From Parcubacteria group bacterium Gr01-1014_31 (GTDB lineage: Bacteria > Patescibacteriota > Patescibacteriia > Buchananbacterales > GWA2-38-13), in the NCBI GenBank assembly GCA_007376135.1, contig VMFR01000001.1, positions 379,016 to 443,015 on the forward strand: a stretch of 64,000 nucleotides of DNA, in the 5' to 3' direction. Position numbers and translations under genes: made by a program. The notes under the pieces were generated by a model. It did no database searches and was not told the origin of the DNA. It saw nothing but the letters and a program-made list of their open reading frames with translations. Within the stretch, counting starts at the first letter, position 1, and each line of letters begins with the position of its first letter. Below, one piece after another: positions 1 through 9,641 of the stretch.

Positions 1-574
1 CCTCGTGATACATGAACATTGCGGCATCCAATAGGCCGACCCGGCGCAACACCGCGCACCGCAACAGCACGGCCGCGCCTGACGGATAGGCGATATCGCG
101 CACCGTCAACGGCACATCGGGCATCCCGTTCCCGCCGGCGTAGCCGAACCCCATAAAATGAATGGCATTGCCCCAGCTATTGATCTTGGCCGTGCCGTGC
201 AGCAGAAGCTTGGATTGCACCGCCGCGATCCGCGCATCCGTTTCCGCCACCTGCAAAGCTTGCCGCAAAAACCCGGGGTGGACGGCCGTATCCTGGTTCA
301 GAAGATAGGCAAAATCAAAACCGCGGTCCAGCGCATATTGGAGCCCGCGGTTGTTGGCACCCGTAAATCCCGTATTGATATCCTGCACCAGTACGGTCGC
401 GTGCGGAAACTTTTGCCGGATGTATTCCACCGTGCCGTCGGCCGACGCGTTGTCGACGACGACCGTCTCCCACCGGTCGGCGGGATAATCAACCGCCTGC
501 AACGACGACAAACAATCCGGCACATACTGCCGGCCCTGGTACGTGACGATGATGACCGCAACGCGAGGCAGCAT
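1..574 (-). CDS. Glycosyltransferase family 2 (truncated by window edge)
   Basis: Translated by hand from ATG at 574: MLPRVAVIIVTYQGRQYVPDCL...VVVDNASADGT...NTGFTGANNRG, a typical GT2 N-terminus; absent from the ORF track because it runs off the window. Confidence 0.88.
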   Translation of the reverse strand, partial: MLPRVAVIIVTYQGRQYVPDCLSSLQAVDYPADRWETVVVDNASADGTVEYIRQKFPHATVLVQDINTGFTGANNRGLQYALDRGFDFAYLLNQDTAVHPGFLRQALQVAETDARIAAVQSKLLLHGTAKINSWGNAIHFMGFGYAGGNGMPDVPLTVRDIAYPSGAAVLLRCAVLRRVGLLDAAMFMYHE

Positions 575-598
575 GGTCGAGGAATGAGGGACCATGAA

Positions 599-982
599 TC
601 ATGGGGTCGGGCCGGCCGAATCGATCCGCTCTCCTGATTCCTTATTCTTTATTCCCAATTCTCCGGTCCGCAACGCTTCATGCCGCACGATCTCGGTGAT
701 CTCGCGCTCGACCCGCTCCACCCGGGCCAGCAGCCAGGACACGAGAACGAAAAGCGCGACGATGGAGGCAAAGATGAGCAAGTCCGCGCCCCGGCCCACG
801 CCGACAGATCGCGCCACCACGTCGGTCGCATGCGGAAACCAGGCGGCGGAAAGCACTGCCACCCACAGTACCGACCACAACACCGCCTCTCCCCCGCCCA
901 ACTCATGCCGGTGCTGCCGCCGCCAAACTTTGGCCAACAGCCAGACAACGACCAGCGCGGTGATGACCTTCAGGATACTCAT
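599..982 (-). CDS. DUF2304-like small membrane protein (partner of the upstream GT2)
   Basis: MSILKVITAL...VGVGRGADLL...EREITEIVRHEAL; 3 TM segments; ATGA overlap with upstream stop. Confidence 0.8.
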   Translation of the reverse strand: MSILKVITALVVVWLLAKVWRRQHRHELGGGEAVLWSVLWVAVLSAAWFPHATDVVARSVGVGRGADLLIFASIVALFVLVSWLLARVERVEREITEIVRHEALRTGELGIKNKESGERIDSAGPTP

Positions 983-1653
983 CGAAAGAGACGTGAGAAC
1001 AGCAGATCGCGAACGATCTTCCCCGCCTGCCACCACCCCTGGCCCTTGGCGCGCGAGTAGTCGGTATATCGGATGCGAACGGGGACCTCAACGAACTGCA
1101 ACTGGCAACGGACGACCTCGTCGAGCAGCTCGGACGCGTGCGCCATGCCGTCCTGGCGGATCGTGATGGCCCGTGCCGCGTCGGCACGCAACGCGCGCAA
1201 ACCGTTGTGCGTGTCGGTCAGCGGCAACCCCGTGCGCAGACGATCAAACCAAACGGCGATGCGTAACAGCATACGGCGCGCGGGCGGAACGTACCGCGCT
1301 CCGTCACCCAAGAACCGCGACCCGAAGACCACATCGGCCAACCCCTGACGGATCGGCGCCACCAGCGCGGGAATATCACCGGCTTCGTGCTGGCCATCGG
1401 CGTCCACCGTCACCACCGCATCGGCGCCCAACCCAAGGGCATAGGTGATCCCGGTCTGCAACGCCGCCCCCTGGCCGCGGTTCAAAAAATGCCGCACGAT
1501 GGCGGCACCCTCCGCCAGCGCGGCATCGGACGTCGCATCGACAGAACCGTCATCCACCACCACAACGGCAGTAACATTCTGGCGCAGCCCCCGTATGACT
1601 GCGCCCACGGTCGCCTCTTCGTTGTACGCGGGAACCACCGCCACCACTCTCAT
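979..1653 (-). CDS. Glycosyltransferase family 2, polyprenol-phosphate (DPM-like) type
   Basis: VPAYNEE, VDDGSVD, NRGQGAAL, DADGQH, GSRF motifs. Confidence 0.92.
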   Translation of the reverse strand: MRVVAVVPAYNEEATVGAVIRGLRQNVTAVVVVDDGSVDATSDAALAEGAAIVRHFLNRGQGAALQTGITYALGLGADAVVTVDADGQHEAGDIPALVAPIRQGLADVVFGSRFLGDGARYVPPARRMLLRIAVWFDRLRTGLPLTDTHNGLRALRADAARAITIRQDGMAHASELLDEVVRCQLQFVEVPVRIRYTDYSRAKGQGWWQAGKIVRDLLFSRLFR

Positions 1654-1667
1654 ATTAAAGCCAGGGG

Positions 1668-1742
1668 GGTTGTAGTTGGGTAGTTAAGTAGATTTAATAA
1701 CCGGCTGCGCTGCTACCAACTACGTACTACAAACTACGAACG
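1668..1742. repeat. 7-nt-periodic inverted repeat element (TAGTT.. / ..ACTAC)
   Basis: gttgtagttgggtagttaagtag ... ctaccaactacgtactacaaactacgaac; arms are mutually complementary. Confidence 0.7.
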
Positions 1743-1744
1743 GG

Positions 1745-2773
1745 CTAGAGTGCCTGACGCTCCATGCCCACCAGCGGTTTGTTCGCTTTGGTGTATTCGA
1801 TGATCTCCTTCAATCCTTCCTCCAACATCACGACCGGGAACCAGCCCAATTTTTCGCGCGCCTGCTGGATATCCGGCATCCCTTGCGGCGACATGAACAG
1901 CAGCGGCTCTTCATAGACCACCTTGGAACGGCTCTCGGTCAGTTCAATGATCTTTTTTGCCACGTCCGCGATCTTATACTCCAGGTCGGAACCGAAGTTC
2001 ATCGGACCGGTCTCGCCGCTGCGCATGAATTTCACCAGGCCGCTCACCAGATCATTGACGTGGCAGAACGACGATGAGAAATCCTCGCTGCCGTAGACGA
2101 TCAGGTCCTTGTTATCCAGCGCGGCCGCGACGAAATCCGGCAGCATTTGGCCGTCCTTCAGCCGCATCCGCGAGCCATAGGTCCGGAAGATACGGGCGAT
2201 CTTGGCATCCAGGTTATGCACTTCGCGGTACGTCGTGACCAGGGTCTCCGCGAACCGCTTACCCTCGTCATAGCAGGCGCGGGGACTGATCGGATCCACA
2301 TAGCCCCAGTATTCCTCCTGAAAAACCTTGAGATCATCGCGGCGCGGCCCGTAGATGACCGCGGATGACGCGTGCAGCAGCTTGGCCTGGTATTTGACGG
2401 CTAGGTCCAGGACGGTTTTTACGCCCAGTGAATTCGCCAGCGCCGTCTCCACCCGCCGCGTCTCGAACTGTTTGGGCGAGGTCGGGCACGCCAGGTGGTA
2501 GATCTCCTGGATACCCTGGAACTGGACTCGAAAGCGCTCCAACTCCCGCCGTTCATCCAGCGCCAACGGTTCGGTCAGGTCGACCCGCAGAAAAACGAAA
2601 TTCGGATTGGACAAGAGGTGGTCGATGTTGCGCTCGTCGCCGGAGCTGAAATTATCGACGCAAATGACCTTGGCGGTCTTGACCAGCTCATCGCACAAAT
2701 GCGAACCGATGAAACCGGCGCCGCCGGTTACCAGGATGTTCTTTTGGTCGAAAATCGGCTTGGTTGCAGGCAT
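1745..2773 (-). CDS. NAD-dependent epimerase/dehydratase, UDP-glucuronate decarboxylase-like
   Basis: TGGAGFIGSHL, YHLACPTSP, RACYDEGKRFAE motifs; start placed at MPATKP. Confidence 0.88.
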   Translation of the reverse strand: MPATKPIFDQKNILVTGGAGFIGSHLCDELVKTAKVICVDNFSSGDERNIDHLLSNPNFVFLRVDLTEPLALDERRELERFRVQFQGIQEIYHLACPTSPKQFETRRVETALANSLGVKTVLDLAVKYQAKLLHASSAVIYGPRRDDLKVFQEEYWGYVDPISPRACYDEGKRFAETLVTTYREVHNLDAKIARIFRTYGSRMRLKDGQMLPDFVAAALDNKDLIVYGSEDFSSSFCHVNDLVSGLVKFMRSGETGPMNFGSDLEYKIADVAKKIIELTESRSKVVYEEPLLFMSPQGMPDIQQAREKLGWFPVVMLEEGLKEIIEYTKANKPLVGMERQAL

Positions 2774-2839
2774 AGATCGTATTTTCACAGGGCCACTATA
2801 CCACGCGTGCGCACTGGGGAGCAACGCCCGCGCACGATC

Positions 2840-3298
2840 TTAATGGCGAAAGGCCCAGAATTTGGTCACGGTAAAATTCCAGATCGTCGTGAATCCGATG
2901 GTCACGATATTGGCCGCAATGTCATGCCAGCCGAACTGCTCGACCAGGATGAAGAGCGCAATGTTCGAGCCCACCCCGCTGACGACGTTGGTGACGATGA
3001 ATCGGCGGTAGTGGTCCTGGGAATCTCCGCCGCCGACGCGGAAAGTCCAGCGCCGGTTCCAATAGAAGCTCCAGGTGACGGCGACCAGGAACGACAGAAT
3101 GCTCCCGGCCAGGAAATACCAGCGCAATCCGCGCGTCAACAACAGGTAGATGGTAAAGTAGACCGCGACATTGCTGGCGCCGACCAGACAAAATTTAATG
3201 AACTGGCGCGCCCCCCGATGACGATCGAGGACCGGAAACCAGCGCGTGATGACGCGCCGCACCGCCGTTACGCCCAAACGCACGTGATCAGCGAGCAT
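2840..3298 (-). CDS. GtrA family protein (polyprenol-P-sugar flippase-like)
   Basis: RQFIKFCLVG, WNRRWTF, WNFTVTKFWAF; 4 TM segments. Confidence 0.88.
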   Translation of the reverse strand: MLADHVRLGVTAVRRVITRWFPVLDRHRGARQFIKFCLVGASNVAVYFTIYLLLTRGLRWYFLAGSILSFLVAVTWSFYWNRRWTFRVGGGDSQDHYRRFIVTNVVSGVGSNIALFILVEQFGWHDIAANIVTIGFTTIWNFTVTKFWAFRH

Positions 3299-3305
3299 AC
3301 CGAGC

Positions 3306-5594
3306 TCAGCGGCCGGGGTTAGCCAGGAAAGTCACTCGCACGCCGCCGCGGAACGTCGCTGCATGCGCAAAGTACTCTCCCTTGAGGACGCCATCCATCG
3401 TCAGTATGCGTACGTGCGGACCGCCGCCCGGTCCAACGCCCGTAATGATCTCGACTTTTCCGTCGTCATCGACATCGCCCGCCGCCAGCGTCAGTCCTGC
3501 CTGCATATTCGTCGCATAGGCGTAAAATTCGGATATCCGTGTGTAGCCCGGGGCGTGGAACACCCGCACCAACGGCGGGCCTGAACGCGCAACGCTCGCG
3601 AGCACCTCGTCGAGGCCGTCCCCGTCGACATCGCCGGCGGCGACCGTCACCCCGGTGCGCGACAACGCATTATACGCGAAAAACTGTCCCCGCTGGTTAC
3701 CGTTGCCGGAAAATATCCGCACCTGCGGCCCACCCCCCGGCCCGGCGCCGGTGACCACCTCATCGATACCATCGCCGTCGACGTCGCCGGCCGCCACGGT
3801 CACGCCCCCGCGAAAGCCGGGCTCATACGCGTACCAACTGGCGATCTTTTCGCCAGCGGCAGTGAATACGGCGACTTGCGGCGCCGCATTGCCGGCGACC
3901 GCCACGATGATCTCGGCGGGACCCTTGCCGTCGACATTGCCGACCGCTACGTTCACGCCATGCCTGGTCCTGGAGTCAAAGGCGAAGAATTGCCCCCGGA
4001 CCTGGCCTTCACGGCTGAAAATCCGCACGTGCGGCCCACCCCCCGGCCCGGCGCCGGTGACCACCTCATCGATACCATCGCCGTCGACGTCGCCGGCCGC
4101 CACGGTGATGCTGCCGTTGAACGTCGGCGCGTAGGCAAAAAACGATTTCAATTCCTTGAAGGCGGAGGTGTGTAACTTGATCTGCGGGAACGAGCCGAAA
4201 CCAAGCGCCGATACGACCAGCCCCGATGGCTGTGCCGACGCCGGCGCAGAAGGACCGCGATACGCGACCGTTCGCGTCACAACCTTGGCGAGATTGATCT
4301 GGCCGCGGCCGACGCGGCCAATATGGCGGGGGTTGGCGGTTGTAATATCGTCGACGCTGGTCAATAGGATCTCGCGCACCGCCGCGGCGCTCAATTCCGG
4401 ACGCAGCGACCGGACGATCGCGGCCGCGCCGGAAATGATAGGTGTGGCCACCGAGGTGCCGGCCCACGAACCGCCGTACGGCTGCGTGTAGCCCGGACGC
4501 GCCGAATCGACATACAAAAGCCCGTAGAACTCCTGTCCGGGCGCCGCCAGATCGACGCAGTCCTTCCCGTAGTTAGAAAAACTGGACAGTTGCCGCTGGC
4601 GATTGAGCGCGACCACCCCAAGGATGAAATTATCCTTTTCGCCCGCATCCAAGCAGATCGGGTATGACGGGGTGAGTTCCAGATCCTTACCTGGCGTGCC
4701 GTCGGTGGTGTTGCCGGCCGCTGCGACGATAATGACGTTTTTGTCGGCCGCCGCCTTCAGCCCGTCATGGAGCGCCTGGCTGAAATCAACGCCGACGAAG
4801 CTCAAATTGACAATATCCGCCCGTTGGTTCACGGCGTATTCAACGGCGCGCAGCACATCATACACCGTGCCGTTGCCCTCCGAGTCCAGCACCCGCAGCG
4901 CCATGATCTTGGCCTTCCAGCTCACGCCGGTGATGCCGACGGCGTTATGGCTGTCGGCGGCCGCAACTCCGGCGACGATGGTGCCGTGATGGATAGCCTC
5001 AGGAAGGAATGCACCGTCGAACCGAGGGTTCGGATCGGGCGTGTTGCCGACGAAATCCCATCCTTGCCAGTCATCGATGAAGCCGTTCTGGTCGTTATCG
5101 ATGCGGTCACCCGCGCGTTCCGACGGATTGGTCCACAGCTTGCCGACCAACTCGGGCTGATCCGTATCGACACCGGTGTCTACCACGGCAATGACCGGCA
5201 CCTTCACCTGCCGATCCTCTTCCTCCAGCAGTTCGGCTGACCACGCGTCGCGCGCTTGAATGGCCGCCAGATACCATTGCTTGGCATAGTCCGGGTCGCT
5301 GGGGAACGCGCTGGCCTTGACGCGAAAATTCGGTTCCACATACGCGACGTCCGTACGCTGCCGGTATTCTTCCGCGACGGCGGCGAGACTGACATCGTCG
5401 GCAAAACGCAAACGCAGCACGCTGCCCGAACGCAAGCCGACCAGCAATTCCGCCGGCTGCGGATGGCTGACGGCCGTTGGCGCAGCCGCCGGCCAGACGC
5501 CAAGGATGATCGCGCACGCCGCCACCACCCACCGCCACGGACGGACCGAGGCGGGCGCGGTGTTGAGGTGCGGCGAATACGGCGCCATGATCAC
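3306..5594 (-). CDS. Exported subtilisin-family (S8) serine peptidase with C-terminal FG-GAP-like repeats
   Basis: Signal peptide; triad VAVVDTG / HHGTIVAG / GTSVATP; repeated VAAGDVDGDGxDEVVTGAGPGGGPxVRIF. Confidence 0.92.
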   Translation of the reverse strand: MIMAPYSPHLNTAPASVRPWRWVVAACAIILGVWPAAAPTAVSHPQPAELLVGLRSGSVLRLRFADDVSLAAVAEEYRQRTDVAYVEPNFRVKASAFPSDPDYAKQWYLAAIQARDAWSAELLEEEDRQVKVPVIAVVDTGVDTDQPELVGKLWTNPSERAGDRIDNDQNGFIDDWQGWDFVGNTPDPNPRFDGAFLPEAIHHGTIVAGVAAADSHNAVGITGVSWKAKIMALRVLDSEGNGTVYDVLRAVEYAVNQRADIVNLSFVGVDFSQALHDGLKAAADKNVIIVAAAGNTTDGTPGKDLELTPSYPICLDAGEKDNFILGVVALNRQRQLSSFSNYGKDCVDLAAPGQEFYGLLYVDSARPGYTQPYGGSWAGTSVATPIISGAAAIVRSLRPELSAAAVREILLTSVDDITTANPRHIGRVGRGQINLAKVVTRTVAYRGPSAPASAQPSGLVVSALGFGSFPQIKLHTSAFKELKSFFAYAPTFNGSITVAAGDVDGDGIDEVVTGAGPGGGPHVRIFSREGQVRGQFFAFDSRTRHGVNVAVGNVDGKGPAEIIVAVAGNAAPQVAVFTAAGEKIASWYAYEPGFRGGVTVAAGDVDGDGIDEVVTGAGPGGGPQVRIFSGNGNQRGQFFAYNALSRTGVTVAAGDVDGDGLDEVLASVARSGPPLVRVFHAPGYTRISEFYAYATNMQAGLTLAAGDVDDDGKVEIITGVGPGGGPHVRILTMDGVLKGEYFAHAATFRGGVRVTFLANPGR
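3724..4106. repeat. Identical 77-bp direct repeat within FG-GAP coding region (3724-3800 and 4030-4106)
   Basis: tgcggcccaccccccggcccggcgccggtgacc...gccgccacggt identical in both copies, 306 bp apart. Confidence 0.85.
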
Positions 5595-8056
5595 TCGGGC
5601 TTACCTTCAAGCTGCTTGATGAAGGCATCAAATTCGGATTGTATCCCGGGGTCAAGCTGTAAAGCGCGCTCAGCCGCCTGCCGCGCCTTGGCTTTGTCGC
5701 CGTTGCGGGCGTAGGCCGTGGCGAGCTTGGCGTAGTGGTCGGCGGCCGGCGGATGCACGGTCAGCAGCTCTTCGTAGAGGGCGATCATCACCCCCCATTG
5801 GGATACGCTTTCGGCGGCGCGGATGACCCGCAGGTACTGGTCTTCCGGCACGACGCGCTTCAGCTGGTCTTTGATGATGCGAAATTCATTGCGCGCGTCA
5901 TCGGGACGATTCGCCAGCACGAACGCGACGGCCATATCGATGTGCGACTCCATGACGGTACCGGAAAGCGCGAGGCCCTGGCGGTAGTACTCCAACCCCT
6001 GCGTGATGTTGCCATCCATCAGGTAGGCTTGGCCGAGTTCGAAATACAGCTGCGGCCGCGTCGGGCTCAAGCTGATGGACTGCTCCACCAGCCGCGCGGC
6101 ATCGCGGGGAGCGTCGGCAATGACGGCCCGTGCACGATTAGCCACGCTCAAGTAGAACAAATGGTTCCGGATGTTGGTCGGCTCCTCGTCGACGCTTTTC
6201 CGCAGCTCCACGAGCGAATCGCGCACCACCTCCCCGACCGCAGCGCGGGGAACGCCGGAAACGCCCGCCAAACCCAGCGCATAGGTGGCGTACTGCTGAC
6301 GGGCCTCCATCCGGCCCGTGTAGGATCCGGCGATCGCCTCATGGAACAGCACACTTTGCTTTTCGGTATCCGGCTCCGAGAAAGTGAGCAACGCCTGATA
6401 GATCTTATGATTGGTGGCCAGGAGCTGATAGTTGAACAGGTAAAGCGAGCCGAGCATCGCCACGCCCAGCGCCACAAGCCCCGCGCTCTGCATCGAGGTC
6501 ATGACCGCGGCGCCGCGACCGGCCGGGAGCGGATGCTCATCGCCACGGACAACGATGGCCGCTAACACCAGGTGCGACAGTAGGTAGGACTCCAACGTGT
6601 CGAACACGAACATGTTCTGCACCAGATAGCCGACCAAGGCTGCCCCCAGCAGCGTGGCGCAAAACAGGTCATTGGCACGCCGCACGTAGCGAACGAGCCA
6701 CCAACCGGCCACGACGAACATCGCGATAAACCCGGCCAGCCCCAGCAGCCCGGTGGTAACGGCCGTATCCAGGATGACGTTATGCGCGCGGTCGAACCAG
6801 ATCTGCGAACCCAGGTCCTTGAAGATCCGCGCCGGGAAATGCGAATTGAATACCTGCGAATAATTCTCAAGGCCGTACCCAATGATGAACCGCACGGGTT
6901 CCTCGGCCCAGCCCTGCCAGCTCGCCCGCCAGGTGTCCAGCCGCGACTGGGAGGTCACATCTTCCAGCGAGATGGAGGCTAAGCGCGCCAAGGTCATGTC
7001 GTTCTTTACGAACGTGGTGTCGCGCGCAAAATAGAGGAACAGGGGCGCCAACAGCCCTGCGGCCAGCAACCCCAGGCTGATCTTGCCGGAGAGCGTTTTA
7101 CGACGGAAGAAGGAAAACAGCGCGCCGACCATCAACAATCCGGCCAACAGCCCGATAAGTGCGCCGCGCGTCTGCGTCTGATAGAAAATGAAAAAATCAA
7201 GCGCCGCCAATCCGGCAATGACACCGCGGATGACCCAGCGGTTCTGACGAAGGAAATATCCCGCCAAAGCCGCGGCCTGCGTCGCCAGGAGCGCGGTCAT
7301 TAAGCTGGGCGAGGCAGCCAGCTGAGTCAGCAAGGTGGTTTGCGCCTGCGGGTCCAATCTGGTCACCACGTCGTACCCGATCATGAACGCGTCAAAACCC
7401 AGAAAACTCCACCACAACAGCTTGGCGTCGAATTCGCGGTCACGGACGAAGAAATACGCTAGAAAGAACAGATGGAACAGGAGGTAGCCGGCCAGATAGG
7501 TCGCGTTCCCGATGGAGCCGGTCAACCGGGCGCCGCCCGATGACTTAAGCAGGAACGGGATCTGCAGCCACTGCCCCAGTGAGAACAGGCTCATCAGCGT
7601 GCTGACGAAGATGGAAAAGGTCAACAGCGACCGCCAATCTTCCCAGCGCCGGAACGTATTGGCAACGACAAAGAAAAAAGCGCCAACGTGCAGGTAGCCG
7701 AACAATCCGCCCATCCGTTCGTAGTTGCCCCAGAACCCCCAAGTCGGCTCGATGCCGGTGAGCGTGGTCAAAGCGGCGATGCCGACGAAGCTCAGCACCG
7801 CAATGGTCAGCGGCGTCCAACGCGGCCGGAATCTCGGGTCGCGGATGGCCAACGCCGCATAGGCGACGACCAATACTTCCACGATGGAACGGAAGAGAAC
7901 GTTCTTGAGGACGATGAACGGAAAGAAAAATTGGCTCCCCACGACCAGCGGTAACAAGAGCGTAGCGAGCGTGCCGAATCGGATGACCCACCACAGTAAT
8001 TCCGCGACGGGATCTTCGGTCCGCCGCCATAACCAGGATGGAAACTTGATAACCAT
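5591..8056 (-). CDS. O-antigen ligase / oligosaccharyltransferase-like membrane protein with C-terminal TPR repeats
   Basis: Many TM segments, GSIGNATYLA, TQTRGAL, GYGLENY, DRAHN (Wzy_C-type His motif), TPR-like helices at C-terminus. Confidence 0.85.
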   Translation of the reverse strand: MVIKFPSWLWRRTEDPVAELLWWVIRFGTLATLLLPLVVGSQFFFPFIVLKNVLFRSIVEVLVVAYAALAIRDPRFRPRWTPLTIAVLSFVGIAALTTLTGIEPTWGFWGNYERMGGLFGYLHVGAFFFVVANTFRRWEDWRSLLTFSIFVSTLMSLFSLGQWLQIPFLLKSSGGARLTGSIGNATYLAGYLLFHLFFLAYFFVRDREFDAKLLWWSFLGFDAFMIGYDVVTRLDPQAQTTLLTQLAASPSLMTALLATQAAALAGYFLRQNRWVIRGVIAGLAALDFFIFYQTQTRGALIGLLAGLLMVGALFSFFRRKTLSGKISLGLLAAGLLAPLFLYFARDTTFVKNDMTLARLASISLEDVTSQSRLDTWRASWQGWAEEPVRFIIGYGLENYSQVFNSHFPARIFKDLGSQIWFDRAHNVILDTAVTTGLLGLAGFIAMFVVAGWWLVRYVRRANDLFCATLLGAALVGYLVQNMFVFDTLESYLLSHLVLAAIVVRGDEHPLPAGRGAAVMTSMQSAGLVALGVAMLGSLYLFNYQLLATNHKIYQALLTFSEPDTEKQSVLFHEAIAGSYTGRMEARQQYATYALGLAGVSGVPRAAVGEVVRDSLVELRKSVDEEPTNIRNHLFYLSVANRARAVIADAPRDAARLVEQSISLSPTRPQLYFELGQAYLMDGNITQGLEYYRQGLALSGTVMESHIDMAVAFVLANRPDDARNEFRIIKDQLKRVVPEDQYLRVIRAAESVSQWGVMIALYEELLTVHPPAADHYAKLATAYARNGDKAKARQAAERALQLDPGIQSEFDAFIKQLEGKPE

Positions 8057-8186
8057 AGTTCGCGGGATGACAAAAAATGAAACGGAGTAAGCGGAAACGT
8101 AACGCCGCGTAAAAAACGGCGTGGTTACGCCACTCTACAGTATTCGCACTCTACCATACCGCTCCATGACGGACAAGGGTGGAGAT

Positions 8187-8215
8187 TTGCAAAAAACCAT
8201 AAATTACGCTAAAAT
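8187..8215 (+). promoter_or_regulatory. Sigma70-type promoter for the sugar transferase
   Basis: TTGCAA-N17-TAAAAT upstream of ATG 8241. Confidence 0.55.
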
Positions 8216-8240
8216 TCCGGCCATCTGTAAAGAGCTGCCT

Positions 8241-9641
8241 ATGGACCGCGCTAACCGTCGCATGCGAACAACGATACTCGTCATCGGCGACATTGTCTGG
8301 TTGTACCTGGCGCTGTTTGCGACGCTTCAACTCCGTTACGGGGCCGTGGACGCAACGCTTTGGTGGGAACACTTCGGGCCGTTCACCATCGTCTTTGCGC
8401 TGTGGCTGGTCGTGTTCACGGTCTCGCGCTTGTACGACCTCAGCGCCAGCGGCGGACGGACCGATCTGGGCTTCCGGCTGTTCGGCGCACTGCTGGCTTC
8501 GGGCACGATCGCCGCCGCATTCTTCTACCTTGGGCACAACCGGCTGTTCACGCTGCGGCCGCAAAAAGTGCTGGCCTTGGTGCTGGTCGCAAGCTTCGTG
8601 GCGCTCTATGTCTGGCGGCTGCTCCTGCTGACGGCGCTGCGGTCGCAAGCGCTCTCGCGCCGCGTGGTATTCGTCGGCATCCAGCCGATCATCCCGCAGC
8701 TGATCGCGGAACTGGTCGCCAAACCGCAACTGGGGTTCACCCCGGCCGCCTGGATCAAGGTCAACGGCAACGCGGCGCAAAATATCGAAATTTCGAAATT
8801 TCGAAATATTGATGTGCCAACCTACCATGAAGTCACGGGTCTGCCCGATCTGTGCCAACGCCACGGCGCCGATCTCATTGTCTCGGGCATCAGCCCGCGC
8901 CAGCATACCACCCTGCTCAAAGAGCTGGTGGCGTGCCTGCCGCTGAGGATCGATTTCTCCGACCTTTCCACGTTCTACGAACGCATCACGGGGAAAGTGC
9001 CCGTCGACGCCATCGAGCAGGTCTGGTTCCTGGAAAACCTTCAGGAGGGCACCAAACGGCCGTATGAATCCATCAAGTGGATCACCGACCTGGCCCTGGC
9101 GGCCGTGCTGTTGGCGCTCACGCTGCCCATCCTTCCTCTGCTGTATATTCTGGTGAGGTTCACCAGCCCCGGCCCGTTCCTCTTCAAGCAGACCCGCGTC
9201 GGCCAGGCCGGACGCAAATTCACGGCGATGAAGATCCGCACCATGGTGGTGGACGCTGAAAAGCACGGGCCGCAGTGGGCCAGCCACAACGATGCGCGCG
9301 TCACCACCGTCGGCCGCTTTTTGCGCCAGATCCGGCTGGACGAGATCCCGCAGCTCGTCAACGTCCTGCGCAGCGAGATGAGCCTGATCGGTCCGCGTCC
9401 GGAGCGGCCGGAGTTCATCGAGCAGCTCAAACAAAGCATCCCCTTTTACGAGGAACGGCTGCTGGTCAAACCCGGCCTGACCGGCTGGGCGCAGGTGAAT
9501 TTTCCGTACGGCGCTTCGGTGCAAGACGCGCTGGAAAAACTGCAGTACGACCTCTTCTATATCAAACACCGCTCACTCGGACTGGACCTGAGCATTGTGC
9601 TGCGCACGATCGGCACGATGCTTGCCCACAGCGGCCGCTAA
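8241..9641 (+). CDS. Polyprenyl glycosylphosphotransferase (initiating sugar transferase, WcaJ/WbaP family)
   Basis: N-terminal TMs; KIRTM, DARVTTVGRFLR, LDEIPQL, GPRPERP, KPGLTGWAQV, YDLFYIK. Confidence 0.93.
   Translation: MDRANRRMRTTILVIGDIVWLYLALFATLQLRYGAVDATLWWEHFGPFTIVFALWLVVFTVSRLYDLSASGGRTDLGFRLFGALLASGTIAAAFFYLGHNRLFTLRPQKVLALVLVASFVALYVWRLLLLTALRSQALSRRVVFVGIQPIIPQLIAELVAKPQLGFTPAAWIKVNGNAAQNIEISKFRNIDVPTYHEVTGLPDLCQRHGADLIVSGISPRQHTTLLKELVACLPLRIDFSDLSTFYERITGKVPVDAIEQVWFLENLQEGTKRPYESIKWITDLALAAVLLALTLPILPLLYILVRFTSPGPFLFKQTRVGQAGRKFTAMKIRTMVVDAEKHGPQWASHNDARVTTVGRFLRQIRLDEIPQLVNVLRSEMSLIGPRPERPEFIEQLKQSIPFYEERLLVKPGLTGWAQVNFPYGASVQDALEKLQYDLFYIKHRSLGLDLSIVLRTIGTMLAHSGR

Noticed and set aside
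3400-4160. Possible CRISPR-like or DGR template/variable repeat pair
   Set aside because: In-frame FG-GAP protein repeats; no spacers, cas genes, reverse transcriptase or adenine-specific mismatches
8098-8129. Second ECF-type promoter (GTAAC-N16-CGTG) upstream of the sugar transferase
   Set aside because: Weak match within a hairpin; a better sigma70 promoter exists at 8187-8215
8151-9569. 472-aa antisense ORF, and similar long shadows at 10740, 20201, 24172, 35733, 53611 and 56926
   Set aside because: Overlap well-supported genes on the opposite strand; expected at this GC content
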